This document shows, piece by piece, positions 1 to 11,393 of a stretch of 64,000 nt of DNA. The stretch lies in NCBI GenBank assembly GCA_037447605.1, contig CM074814.1, positions 2,418,001-2,482,000 on the forward strand, given 5' to 3'. The notes beneath the pieces were generated by a model that made no database searches, was not told where the DNA came from, and was given only the letters and a program-made list of their open reading frames with translations. Position 1 is the first letter of the stretch. Every line of letters starts with the position of its first letter. Origin of the DNA: Zygnema circumcarinatum SAG 698-1b (Eukaryota; Plantae; Zygnematophyceae). The position numbers and the translations under genes are program-made.

Positions 1-3000
1 CCTCTTCGGAAAATCTTAAATTAAACCCTAAATTCACTGCCATTTCTTCTGAACTACTTTCCTTCAGCTCCTCTTCCTCCTCCTCCACCACCTCGTTCTC
101 ATTCCCATTCTCTATCACTTCTGATTCATCTACGTCCTGTTCCGAAAAGGTTGACTTCTCTCTCCTTCTTCTCTCCTCCTCCTCTTTAGAAGTAAAACTA
201 CCTGCAGGGCTGCCCCATAAAATTTTGGCCTCCCATTCCTCTTGTGCAAACAAAGAAAAGTGTTCAGGAGGAATCCTCTTAAGCCTTGCCGTGAGATCCT
301 CTCCCTCCTCTTCCTCCTCCATCTCAGTCTCATCCCTCTTTGGACTCTCCAAAACTCTCCTCACTACCAAAGCCTGCATGGAATGTGGCTCATTCGCAAT
401 TTCCATAGGAGTTAAGGAAGGAACAGAGCTTGTTTCAACTTCCATTCCCACCACGTCCTCTTCTTTTACTTTTTGGGCCTCCGAATTCACAAGCCTCTCC
501 TCTTCACTGCTTAAATCTTCACATATATTCTTACAAGTCTGTTGACCCACCTCTATCTTCACCTCCTCGTCTCCTAAACCTCTATCTCTCCCTTCTTCAT
601 TTCTCTGCTCCACTTGTTCCTCCTTCACTCCCTCCTGTTCCGCTTCTTTCACGTCTTTCCTTTCCTCCTCCAAATCATTCTCTTTTCGTTCCTTTTCTCC
701 TTTACCACCTACTTCTTCATATTCCTCTTCTTCTTCCTCTTCTTCTTCTTCTTCAGACGTGGTCGTTAAGCAGGCACCCATCTGCTGAGCCGGCATGTTA
801 TCTGCTGAATCTGGAGGGACCCCAATATAGAGAAGTTCCTCTTCGTCCTCTTCCTCCTCTACCGGCAACTGCAGCAACTCTGATGCCTCAAGGGGTTCAC
901 TCTTAGCTTCTTCCATGCGAGAGTGAGAGAGGGAGAGAGGGAGAGTGAGGGAGAGCTAGAGAGGAGGGGGGAACTGGGAAGAGAGAGCAGGAAAAGGGGG
1001 AAAAGAGAGGAAGAGGAGGGAGGATGAAGCGTTTGAAAAGGAGAGCATGGAAAACCTTTAAACTGTATGACATAAGACGTGATATATTTGGTCCCTTAAT
1101 GGCCAAAAAGGATCCTGATCTCAGGATGAGAGGAAATGAGGACCTTGATTTCTCACCTGGCAAAAGCCTTCTACGAGGGCGAGGCCGCCGCTGGGCGAGG
1201 GACCAATAGCTGCCATTCACTCCAAAAATTTCGGTAAAGCGGAGAATGTTCTTCCCTCCCTCCTGACAGAGCACAGGCAGCTCAATCTCCTCCTCCGCTT
1301 TCTTCTCCTCTGTCCCCTCGCCCACCTCCTTTCCATGCAACTGGCGATCGTACTCGTCAAACGGAAGGACTCCCTCTATCTTTTCGTCATGTGCCGCTTC
1401 GCCCTCCTGATAGGTCCAAAGCTGATGAGATTGAATGCTCCATAGTCATCAGGGAAAATCATCTTTTCTTGTTTTCTAATAGAAGAGATTGCCTCGAATT
1501 TATTCAAGCATGCGATCTCGATCCTATACCCTCTATACTTCAGCTATCGTTCCTGCAATCAGGAATTCACCGTCCAATTAAGCTGACAAAGTGTAGAGTA
1601 AACGCTCACCTTCAATGCTGCCGCTATTAACTTCTCATATTCCTCCGCCTCCTTCGCTGTAACTTCGGGTTTACTCTCCATGAAGCCACTTTTTGAGGCC
1701 AGTTCTGACGACGTTTCCAATTCTCCAGCTGATCATATTTCACAACAATCGTATTCTTCACCATCATCATCATCACTACTGCAGCTACCACCACCACTCT
1801 CATCATGACACCGCCTCTGATCGACACGATCACCAGTTACTCTATAGAGAAAATTCGTCTAGGAAGAAGATAATACTCTCTTAAATAAAATCATGACATG
1901 GATGAAATGTATTCATAACACTCACCAACAAGACTTGTCGGAAGTGTCAATCCGCCCACTGGTCCCTCTGAAACCGCTGCTCCTTTCTCCTCCTCCTCCT
2001 TCCCCTCATCATAGTCCTCATCCTCTGCTGATGCCGCCAAGCGCGACATAACTGACGTTTGACTAGCGATGGCGATGTCGACATACAGCTGCGGCTGCGA
2101 AATAGGGAGCTCCCCTCCCTCTCCCTCTCCCTCTCCCTCTCCCTCGTCGTAGCCTTCATCAATATCTCCATAGTCCACAGCATCCGGAGCCTTCGCAGTG
2201 AAGCCTGTGATTGTCCATCCAGGCAGTCTACGGCAGTCTTAATAATAAAACAAAAAAATAAAATAAACCTCTTCAACTGCAAAATCGCTTGAAACCTCGG
2301 AAATTGTTCCTTTGGGGCTTGACGGAGCAGCTTTGGCGGAAACTCAAAGAACTTGAGCAAAAAATGATTTTATACAGAGACTATGGCGCTTAATATGAAC
2401 GAGAGACTGAGGATGAGAAAAGAATTTCTCGAAATTTCTCGAATTTGGCGAACCCAACGTATACCAAGAGTAGGATGGACTTCGAGCAAATCTTGCTCTG
2501 TCATGGTTGTTAGGTTTCCCTCATGAAGCTCGATCCTATCTCTTCCATCCTCCTCTCTCTCATCCCTCCTCCTTCGCTTTCCCGACTGTCTCCTCTCTCA
2601 AAACCCCAACTTTTCCCCCTCTCTCTCCCTCTCGCCCACTCCCATCCTCCCACCCCTTTCTCTTGTCACCGTCTCCCATGCGTGTCCCTCTCTTCCCTTT
2701 CTCCCAACCGCCCTCCCACTCTCCCTCTCTCCTATCCCTCCCTTACTTTCCCTCTCTTTGTCTTCCCTACGTCTCGACATGATTCTAGCACCTCTTTCAA
2801 CGGTCACATTTTTGAAGAAGGCTATTGCGTGCACAAGTATGTGTTTCAGTGTAGAACAATCAAACAATCGGCAAGAAAATAAACCGCATACCGTATTTCA
2901 CAGTATCATAGTCCTCTTCACCGTCGACATTTTTTTTCCGCGATGAACTTAACTGCAAAAAAGTGGGCCAGACCAATAAGTCTACGGTTTTCATCTCCAC

Positions 3001-4445
3001 TCCGAGGAACTTCTAATCTCGTCAAATCCGAAACCTTCTGATATGAAGGCACATCTCTTTCCCCACCCCCCCTCCCCGTTTCCCCTCCTATTCCTCTCTC
3101 GCCCCTCCCTTCAAAGTCCTAAACTTGTGGGTCTCAATATACGTTTTCAGAAACTCGTTAAGGCATGGCGAGAACTCTGAAGGAAAAATTTAGTTGAGTT
3201 TATTTGGCTTTTACTTTAAAGTTCTGTAGGACGAGAATGAAAGAAACTTCTTTGCCTTGGAATTGGGTAAGTTTTACAACCATGAACCCATGTGAGGCGA
3301 TGTGCGCGAGATCCTGAAACCCTATTTTTTGTGTTTCCCGCAAACATGACGTGCAAGGACTTGATCAAAATGTGTACTTGAATGAAAAGTACGAAAAGTG
3401 AAAGCGAAAGGGTGCTTTCCGGGGGGGGGGGGGGGGGGGGGNNNNNNNNNNGGAAGGGGCGGAGGGAGAGAGGGGAGAGAGAGAGAGAGAGAGAGAGAGA
3501 GAATCAACTCTTGCTTAAACGGTTAATGCAAAGAGGGGAATTGACTAATATAGAGTCGTTTCTTAAAAAAAAAAAAACAGGGCTTTCTTACAGAACGTAT
3601 CAGAATTGAAAGAGATAATAACTGGAAGAACATTAATATATTTGAAGACTCTGGTAAGCCTCTCACCGCTGCTTCAAACTCAACGATGCTTGGCCCCAAC
3701 TGACTCGCAAGAGCTGACAGCTGTCCCTTCACATCCTGCATACTCCCGACAGTAAAAAAGACAATCAAAACGATTGAATACCAATCTACATATGGGAAAC
3801 GGCCACTTCCTTACATTTTAGTTTCAGTAAGAAAGTCCTTTTCAGCCAGTGCTTCAGGAATCCAACACTGCCCGCTCTTAGAAGTGGGCAAGAATTTGTG
3901 AGACAGAGTGGAAAACAGAAGAGAGTGGAAGAGTTAGAAATCGAGAGAGACAGAGCAATCCCCCTATGGAATAGCAACAAGCATGTATGGACTTTACCAT
4001 GCATGTCTGCGCATGCTGCTATTCGTGTATGTTGTACATCCATATCAAGGATGTGCTGGATGTTTGATTGTTTGTTTGATTTTTTGCATCAACAACACGC
4101 AACTGGTGCACCGATATACCCTTGAATGCATACTTGTGAGCACGTATGCATATGTGTGCGTGTGTGCAGTGCGAGCGCCAGCCACTATGTATGCATTCAT
4201 GAATGTGTGCATACGTCGACAAATGCTTTTTCATGTATGTATACATGCATGAAGTATGAATGTATGTGTCCATGTATTTATATACGCATAAGGTGTATAT
4301 GGATGAGCGCATGGACGAGGCTCACTTCATCAAGATAGTCCTCATCAAGGTCCCCCTCTCTGTCCACATTCCCGAACATGAAGCCCAGCAGGCTGCCGCC
4401 CCCGCGGCCTTCCTCCTCGTCGTCATCTGAGAACAGCCCCTCCAT
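1..4445 (-). CDS. TAF1: TFIID subunit 1 (TAF1/HAF-like), 5' portion; the gene runs off the left edge of the window
   Basis: Exon 4445-4326 = MEGLFSDDDEEEGRGGGSLLGFMFGNVDREGDLDEDYLDE (TAF1 N-terminal TBP-binding motif). Exon 3735-3667 DVKGQLSALASQLGPSIVEFE; possible small exon ~3018-2967; ~2205-1926 AKAPDAVDYGDIDE; ~1729-1610; ~1417-1157 LPVLCQEGGKNILRFTEIF; then a long acidic exon open from ~920 to base 1 containing FSLFAQEEWEAKILW. GT-AG boundaries at the checked junctions. Confidence 0.9.
4130..4310. repeat. Alternating purine-pyrimidine (ATGT/GCAT/TG) degenerate microsatellite in TAF1 intron 1
   Basis: gcacgtatgcatatgtgtgcgtgtgtgcagtg...atgtatgtatacatgcatgaagtatgaatgtatgtg. Confidence 0.7.
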
Positions 4446-5211
4446 GGCTGCGCCTCAATCGGCTTCTCTTTCAGAACTCCAACGACTGCAAAGCGGTTCT
4501 GTGCCTGCACAGAGTCAGCCACACTCTGCTAGTGGCTTCTTCATTTCAGAGCTGTCAACTTTCCCCTTCAAACCCGAACCCTTTAGACCTAATTCTTCGG
4601 CGAACCCTAACCCTAACCCTAATCCCAAACCTAACCCTAAGCTTGGGAGAGAGCCCGGACAGTCGTTTAGGAGAGCAGCTTTGATCCATTTTATACGCGA
4701 GGCAACGCCAGGTGCTGACTGGGACTCATCTGCTGACGTGGTACGTTTTTATTGGTCAGATCTCCGTACCGTTGACACTTGGACATCCATCATGCTATGT
4801 ACAGTGGCAGTGGATGATTAAAGGGGGGATCGGCAGAATATTTTTTTCTGGGCAGGACGAAAAGTGACCGACGGGCAGAAGGCCGTACCGTACCGTACTG
4901 TTTTTAGAAATCCGTACGACATGGACAGCCAATGAGAGCCCAGAATGCACAGGAAAGGATCCTTTTGACCAATAAGAGCCTCTTCGGGCAGGGAAACAAA
5001 TGTGAGGTCCGTACGAGGCACCTTAGGAGTGACTAGGAAAGTGATTTCTTCATCGAGGAGAACGGGCACGCAAAAAAAACTGATTCGACCCAAGCAGCCA
5101 ATGATGATGCATTGGGCAGGATAATATATTGTTTTTTAAAAAATTCGGACATCTAAAATTTTGGAACTGCGCTTTACTTCATCCGGAGCTCCTTCCGCAG
5201 TGGTGGCGGCC
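4446..5211. promoter_or_regulatory. Bidirectional promoter region between TAF1 and SULP2 with telomere-like repeats, CCAAT boxes and CCGTAC motifs
   Basis: Divergent ATGs at 4445 (-) and 5212 (+). aaccctaaccctaaccctaatcccaaacctaaccctaa at ~4603-4640; CCAAT at ~4929, 4969 and 5098; ccgtaccgtaccgtac at ~4882. Confidence 0.65.
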
Positions 5212-8200
5212 ATGGCCACCGCTTGCCACGTGTCGACCTCTCAGGTTCGCCACGTGTCGACCTCTCAGGTCAGCCACGTGCCGACCTCCCATGCCATCCA
5301 CGTGTCACTCCTCTCTCAGCAGCAGCCACGTGGTGGCAGGAGGCTCTTTCCTTCCGTGAAAGCTTCATCTGGGGAGGCGACACGTGTCAATTCCATGGAG
5401 CTCCGCACTGTGAGAGCGACAGCTGGCAGATTCCTTGCAGTTTCTCCAAACCCTAAACATTCAGTTTCAGTTTCAGTTTCAGTTCCAGTTTCAGCATCGT
5501 CTCGCCCTACATTTCCTGCATGGAACAGTTTTAGGGTTCCGTCTGGAGCTCTGGCAGGAGTGCTCACAGGAACAGTCGGCAACTGCACGCTTGATACATG
5601 GAACTCCGTTAGGGCTTCTTGCCGGCATTCCCCTTCATTTGCTGCTCCCTTTTTATGTGCCCCTCTCGCCTCCATCAATGCAGCCCCTGTTAGGTTTTCA
5701 GAAGTCCTTGCTTCTGCTCCCACTAAGTCGTTCAAATCTTCATTTTTGGAAAATGGGGCTCAAAAACCTCTCTTAGAGGTTAAGCAGCCGCGCTTAACAC
5801 CTATAAAAAGACAAAAAGGAGCCGTTTGTGCGGGAGGGGCTGCGGCCGGAACCGTTCGGAAAACGCACGACGGAAAGGATGTACGGTCACTCACCTTTTT
5901 TAAATGAATGTAGAAACAAAAAAAAAGTTGAATTCTGGTTGAAAACCATAACAATGTTGAGTTTTCAGGACAGTGATTAGTTCAGGTTTATAAAAGGCTA
6001 TTTCAACTATAGACTTTACAAAGTTGGGAAATGTAAACATGTAAACAATCCTAATCTTCCTTTAAGTACAGTAGAAACCCTTCTAAGTGAATAGCCGTGA
6101 TAAGTTGATATTAAATTAGAGGCTATTATTCTCGTCGATTAGAGAAGTAGAGGAGCAACAGATCATTGACTTAAAGAGGATCAACTGAGAGTGGTTCTAT
6201 GTTGAATCCCCTTGAAGCAAGTAAAGCTCCGGTCCTGTCCTCTATTCGCTTAGAGGGGCTCTATTGAGAGTGGCTGTGTTCAGAGGTTCACATGTGGACT
6301 TTTGGGCATTAGGGTTTGACCAATGGCAGCCTGCCTCGTGGGGCCAATGGGCTCTTGTCGCCGTCGGTGTCCTTTATATGACGGTGATGGTGTTCATCCC
6401 AACAGCCAATGTGTTCGCGCAGGTGGGAAAACCCACACATTCATTACTCCCAGCACTTTCCACCCCCATAGAATTTGTACATTTGCAGCTTTAAGAGAGG
6501 CACTTTAATTACATTCACGGTCCCACATTTGGAGATTTCTTGGGGGCAGAGCATGCAATGCGGTTGAGGGCTTAGGTTTTCCTTTTGTTTCGGTGAGGGT
6601 GGGGAGCAAGGCAGAGAGAAGGGGGGAAGAGAGAGGATGATGGGGTAAGTGGGAGAAATGGGGGAAGGGGAGAGGGGAGGAGAGGGAGGGGGAAAGGGAC
6701 GGCGTGGGGGGGGGGGGAAGAGGGGGAGAAGGCGGCTATGGGAGGAATTGGGACGATGGAGATGGGGAGAAGGGGAAGGGGAGGGAAGGAGAGAGAGTAC
6801 AAGAGGAAACAAAGGGGAGAGGAGAAGGGTGAGGTAGAGAGATGGAGGGAGGCAAGAGGGGGAAAGCAGATTAAACCCTTCTTTCTTGCCCTCACACACA
6901 GATGACTTTTTTATTCTAAATTGGGAAACTTGTGAAATGTTTTAGGCATTCTCCAACGGCGTGGGCCCCTTCATCGCAAACCTTTTGGACCCCGACTTCC
7001 AACACGCGGTACGTTGGGGTTCCATGTGCTCCGTTCTGAAATCTGTTGAAAATCACTCAACTTCTGGTCGGGATTCATGCCCACATTTGCAGAAAATCTG
7101 TAAGATAAGGTCCGTCTGCAAAAAAGGACGAACTGATTGTTATGTGCAGAAGGGCAGAGAGAAAAAGAGAATAAAAAAAACATCGACAAGCTATTCCATT
7201 GATGTTGGCTCCTTATTGGCACAGCTAAACCAGGTCTATGTCGTAGAACTCGACGGAAACAGAAACGGAAACTGACATGTGAATGTTGAAGGGAAAATTG
7301 GAGCTTGCAGTTGAAAATGACGCTTCTTTTGGCAGCGATTGTGGTCCCCGCAAACACAGTTTTTGGGCTTGTAGTGGCCTTGTGGGTTACTCGTTCTGAC
7401 TTTTTTGGCAAGGTATGATTCAAAACAAAACTTCAAAATTACTACAAAAGAATCCCAATGGCCCGACCACCCTCTCAACCTTCAAAAACATTTCAAACCC
7501 TAAAATTCGCAACAAGAAAGCCCCGAGGTTGAGTAACAACTGTAAAGAGTAAGCAATAGTTCTACAAATCTTTCTTTTTTCAAGGGGAGAATGCTTGTTT
7601 GGGTAACTTCTTGAAACTTCCTCGCTTGAAAACTCAAGTAGGACGATATTTAAGATATTCAAAATAATTTACGCATTACCCAACTTCTAGAATCTTTTTT
7701 CTTTGATGATTTTAATGATGGTCAAGGAGGGATGGATTCCCTGAACAGGCGTTCTTTGTGAGCTTCCTCGATCTTCCGTTCGGTATCAGTCCCGTTGTAA
7801 CGGGACTGATGCTCATGCTTCTCTATGGTCGCCAGGTCCGTTTCCCCTCACTCTGTGCATATCCGAAGCTACTTGTATTAACAGAGAGAGAGGAAGAGAG
7901 AGAGAGAGGGAAAGGAAGAGGGAGAGAGAGGGAGGGGTAGAGAGTGAGAATGAGAGCAAGGTTAAGTTTATGCATTTTCTTTTCATATCCGAAGCTACTT
8001 GTATTAACAGAGAGAGAGGAAGAGAGAGAGAGAGGGAAAGGAAGAGGGAGAGAGAGGGAGGGGTAGAGAGTGAGAATGAGAGCAAGGTTAAGTTTATGCA
8101 TTTTCTTTTCATATCCGAAGCTACTTGTATTAACAGAGAGACCGAACGCGCGAAGCTCTCGGTCGTGCGAGAGATAGGGACAGGAAGAGGGAGGGAGAGA

Positions 8201-8967
8201 GGGAGAGAGAGAGGGAGAGAGGTAGAGAGTGAGAGTGAGAGCAAGGTTAAGTTTATGCATAAAGTTTTTTTTTCCATCGCTTCTTGCAATGCAGGGATGG
8301 TTCGCTCCTATTCTCCGAAAATTAGGGATCGAAGTTGTCTTTGCTCTCCCAGGTGGTTACTTCGATCCTTCAAAACATGACCTTGTTTTGCAACTGATGC
8401 TAGAAAGGTTTAGTTCAAGCGCATTTCACTCAGCAAATCTCTCTCTCTTCCCCTCAGCTCCCTTTCTCCCTCCCTCCCTCCCTCCCTCCCTCCCTCCTGA
8501 GGGCCAGTTTAGGGTTGGGGAAGTGTAGGGATGGTGTTGGCGACAGCATTCGTCACTCTTCCCTTTGTGGTGCGGGAGGTCATTCCGGTCAGACCCGCTC
8601 TAAAACCCTAAACCCCGAACCCTAATCCTACCCCTAAATTTTCTTAATGTTCTGCGAGAATCTGCACCAGGAAACCTCGAACCTCTGAAATCCCGGAACT
8701 CTGTATTGAAAATAGATCTGTTAAAGGTTAAAATCTCAAATTTTGAACATTCTGAAAAGGTGATGTCCCCAACGAAACGTGAAATTCTCACATTGCAAAT
8801 ATTCTGAAGCCCTTACCCGAATGACGGAAGAGCTCCAAACCTTCAAGTGCTTCAGTATCTGCTGAAACCCGAGAGATTCTGAACGATAAAAACTCTGAAT
8901 GCATTGCTTGAAAGTCAATTCGGGAGCTCTGAGGTTCTCCTTTGAAGCTTTCATGTGTATCTGTCTC

Positions 8968-9009
<42 letters not shown>

Positions 9010-10736
9010 CCCCTCTCTACCTCACTCTCTTTCTCTCTCTCTCTGTCCTTTGGGGCTGTGTAGGTATTGGAAGAGATGGACATTTCTGAGGAAGAGGCAG
9101 CCCGCACCATGGGAGCAAATGAGTGGGAGGTGGGTCCATTTTAGAGTTTCAAATCTCAAATTTGCAGGAAATTTCTAGCTTTTTTCAAGAGTTCAAAGGT
9201 TTTCAGAGTCTTGAAATTTAGAGGATTTAGAGGATTTTCAGTTCAGAGGATTCTCAGCCCTTAGCATTTTCAGGGTTTTTGAGGGGTTCAAGGCCCTCCT
9301 CCTCTGCAGGTTTTTTGGGACGTGACGATTCCAAACATCCGTCTCGGCCTTCTCTATGGAGTGACTCTCTGTTCGGCGGTACGGCTCTCCGTTCCACACA
9401 ACTGAGCTCCGTTAAACGGATTTCACGCACCTGCCTTCTTACTTAGAACCCTTCAACTGTGGACACATGTATCCCGACCGGTTCTATGTTCCCTTTTTTC
9501 ATGGTTCGAGAGCATGACTATGACTTAAATCCTAAAATCCTGAACCCTACACCTCGAAATTTAAACCTTGAAACTTCCCATTGGTCCCCATTTTTTCCTC
9601 TAACCTGCAGCGTGCTATGGGAGAATTTGGAGCGATTTCCGTAATTTCTGGCAACATAATTGGGCGCACACAGACCCTGACTCTCTTTGTGGAGGCAGCT
9701 TACAAGGTGAGGGGAATAACTGCGCACAGTTGCAAACTGGCACATGGAGAAGGTTGGTCCGTTCTTGCTTGCCTGAGGCCAACTATCTGAGGATTTTCTT
9801 GACTGGAGATGGTGGGAGAGTGGGAGATGGAGGGATGGTAGGGAGAATAGGGAAGTGGGGAGGAGAAGGGAGGGGGGAGGGGGGAGGGGAGAGGGAGGGG
9901 AGGGGAGGGGGGAGGAGGGAGGAGAGAGGGAGGGGAGGAAAGGGGAGAGGAGGGAGGGGAGAGGGAGGGGAGGGGAGGGGAGGGGGGAGGGGAGGGGAAG
10001 GGAGAGAGGGAGGGGAGAGAGAGAGAGAGGAGAGAGGGAGGTGTGTGAGTACGAAGAGAAACCCAAAGGTCACGAGTTCAGACCCTGCAGTCTCCAACTT
10101 GAAATGTTTTGCTGTGCTGTGATTTGCTGCAGGAGTATAACACACAGGGAGCATTTTCTGCGGCCCTTCTCCTCTCTGTGTTGGCGCTCATCTCCCTCTA
10201 CTTTAAGGTGTGCTCTCCGATTTCTATGCTTCCGTAAAGATTCCGTTAGGGTTTGTTTTTGCCCTTTAGGTTTGGAGGTTCCATGGTTTTGAACAAATTT
10301 CGTCTCTATAAGTAAACAAATGCATGACCTTTTATAAATCAACAGAATTGATACCTCGCCATAAAATAGGGCGAATCAAGGAGTCCACCGACATGTTGGC
10401 CACTACTAAAGGGACTTGATTGTTCAGACGAGGTGACGTCACGTGACGTGACTATATGTCACGCCACGTGGCCCAGTGGGGTTCTGTCAAGTGGTGGCTG
10501 ACAGGCTGAATCAAGTTTGAAATAAACTTTTTTTTGTTTTTCCAGAGGGAAGTTCAGCGTCGCAAGATGCGAAATGCGAAAAGATTTAACCATTTTTTTT
10601 TTTTTTTTTTTTGGTTTCTGGGGTGCTTTGTTTGACAAGGAATGCTGGAAGTTAGAGCAGCAATTGACTAAGAATTTTTTGGGGTTTGGATTCGCAGACG
10701 AAGTTGGAAGAGGCCCGAGCCAAGCAGATGCGGTGA
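5212..10736 (+). CDS. SULP2: Chloroplast sulfate ABC transporter permease, CysW/SULP2 type, with N-terminal transit peptide
   Basis: Exon 1 from 5212 (Ser/Ala/Thr-rich; 3' end ~5880 uncertain), then 6284-6422, 6946-7008, 7311-7412, 7749-7835 (SFLDLPFGISPVVTGL), 8295-8352, 8529-8587 (MVLATAFVTLPFVVREVIP), 9064-9129 (EEAARTMGANEWE, EAA motif), 9310-9378, 9611-9706 (RAMGEFGAISVISGNIIGRTQTLTLFVEAAYK, CysW-like), 10133-10207 and probable last exon 10698-10736 (TKLEEARAKQMR*). From exon 2 onward all junctions are GT-AG and phase-consistent. Confidence 0.92.
7858..8262. repeat. Three tandem copies of a 126-bp unit in SULP2 intron 5
   Basis: catatccgaagctacttgtattaacagagagag...gagagcaaggttaagtttatgcat starts at 7858, 7984 and 8110; the third copy carries an internal insertion. 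Confidence 0.9.
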
Positions 10737-11322
10737 AGAGCTGATTCAAGGACACCATGAGGAAATAAAAGGGAAAGAGAAGGGACGAGGAGGGAGAGAG
10801 GGAGCGAGAGAGAGAGAGAGAGAGAGAGAAAGAGACAGAGAGAGAGAGAGAGACAGAGAGAGCGAGAGAGAGAGAGAGGAAGCGAGAGAGAGCGAGAGAG
10901 CGAGAGAGAGAGAGAGAGAAACGGCTGGCTGCGCAGTATATGTCTCAATTAATTGTGATTGTGGACAAAGCTATACACGTTAAGCAAAAAAAAAAAAAAA
11001 AAAATGAAATTTTGCGTTTTTTGTTGCCAAACTCTCTATTCATGGGCCTTTGAAAACCGGTTTTTAATCTATTTAAGCTTCCGGTTAGGGCTTCGATCGC
11101 TCTCCCTCCCCCTCTCTCTCTCTCTCTCCGTATATTTCTATGTGCTCGTGCGTTGATTGTCTTTGAGCCTGCCACACGTGTGAGAAGAACTTGTGGTTCC
11201 CTGCCGTTTGCGGAGGGCGAGGCCGCCTCGAAGAGAGAGAGAGAGAGGGAGAGCTTCTCTCACTAAAAGAAGTCTCGCCACGATGTCTTCAACGGTGTGT
11301 CGGCGAAATGTCAGCAAAAAGC

Positions 11323-11393
11323 TGTGCCAGCCGGGAATCGAACCCGGGTCTGCACCGTGGCAGGGTGCTATTCTACCACTAGACCACTGGCAC
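11323..11393 (-). tRNA. tRNA-Gly (anticodon GCC), intronless
   Basis: GTGCCAGTGGTCTAGTGGTAGAATAGCACCCTGCCACGGTGCAGACCCGGGTTCGATTCCCGGCTGGCACA folds as a complete cloverleaf with A and B boxes. CAA immediately upstream, TATA-like tract at about -30, TTTTT terminator 2 nt downstream. Confidence 0.96.

Noticed and set aside
3421-3450. Biological meaning of the 10-N gaps (also 21357, 47641, 51671, 60533, 61523)
   Set aside because: Fixed-length scaffolding gaps at homopolymer or GA-rich tracts; these are assembly artefacts, so nearby repeat lengths are unreliable.
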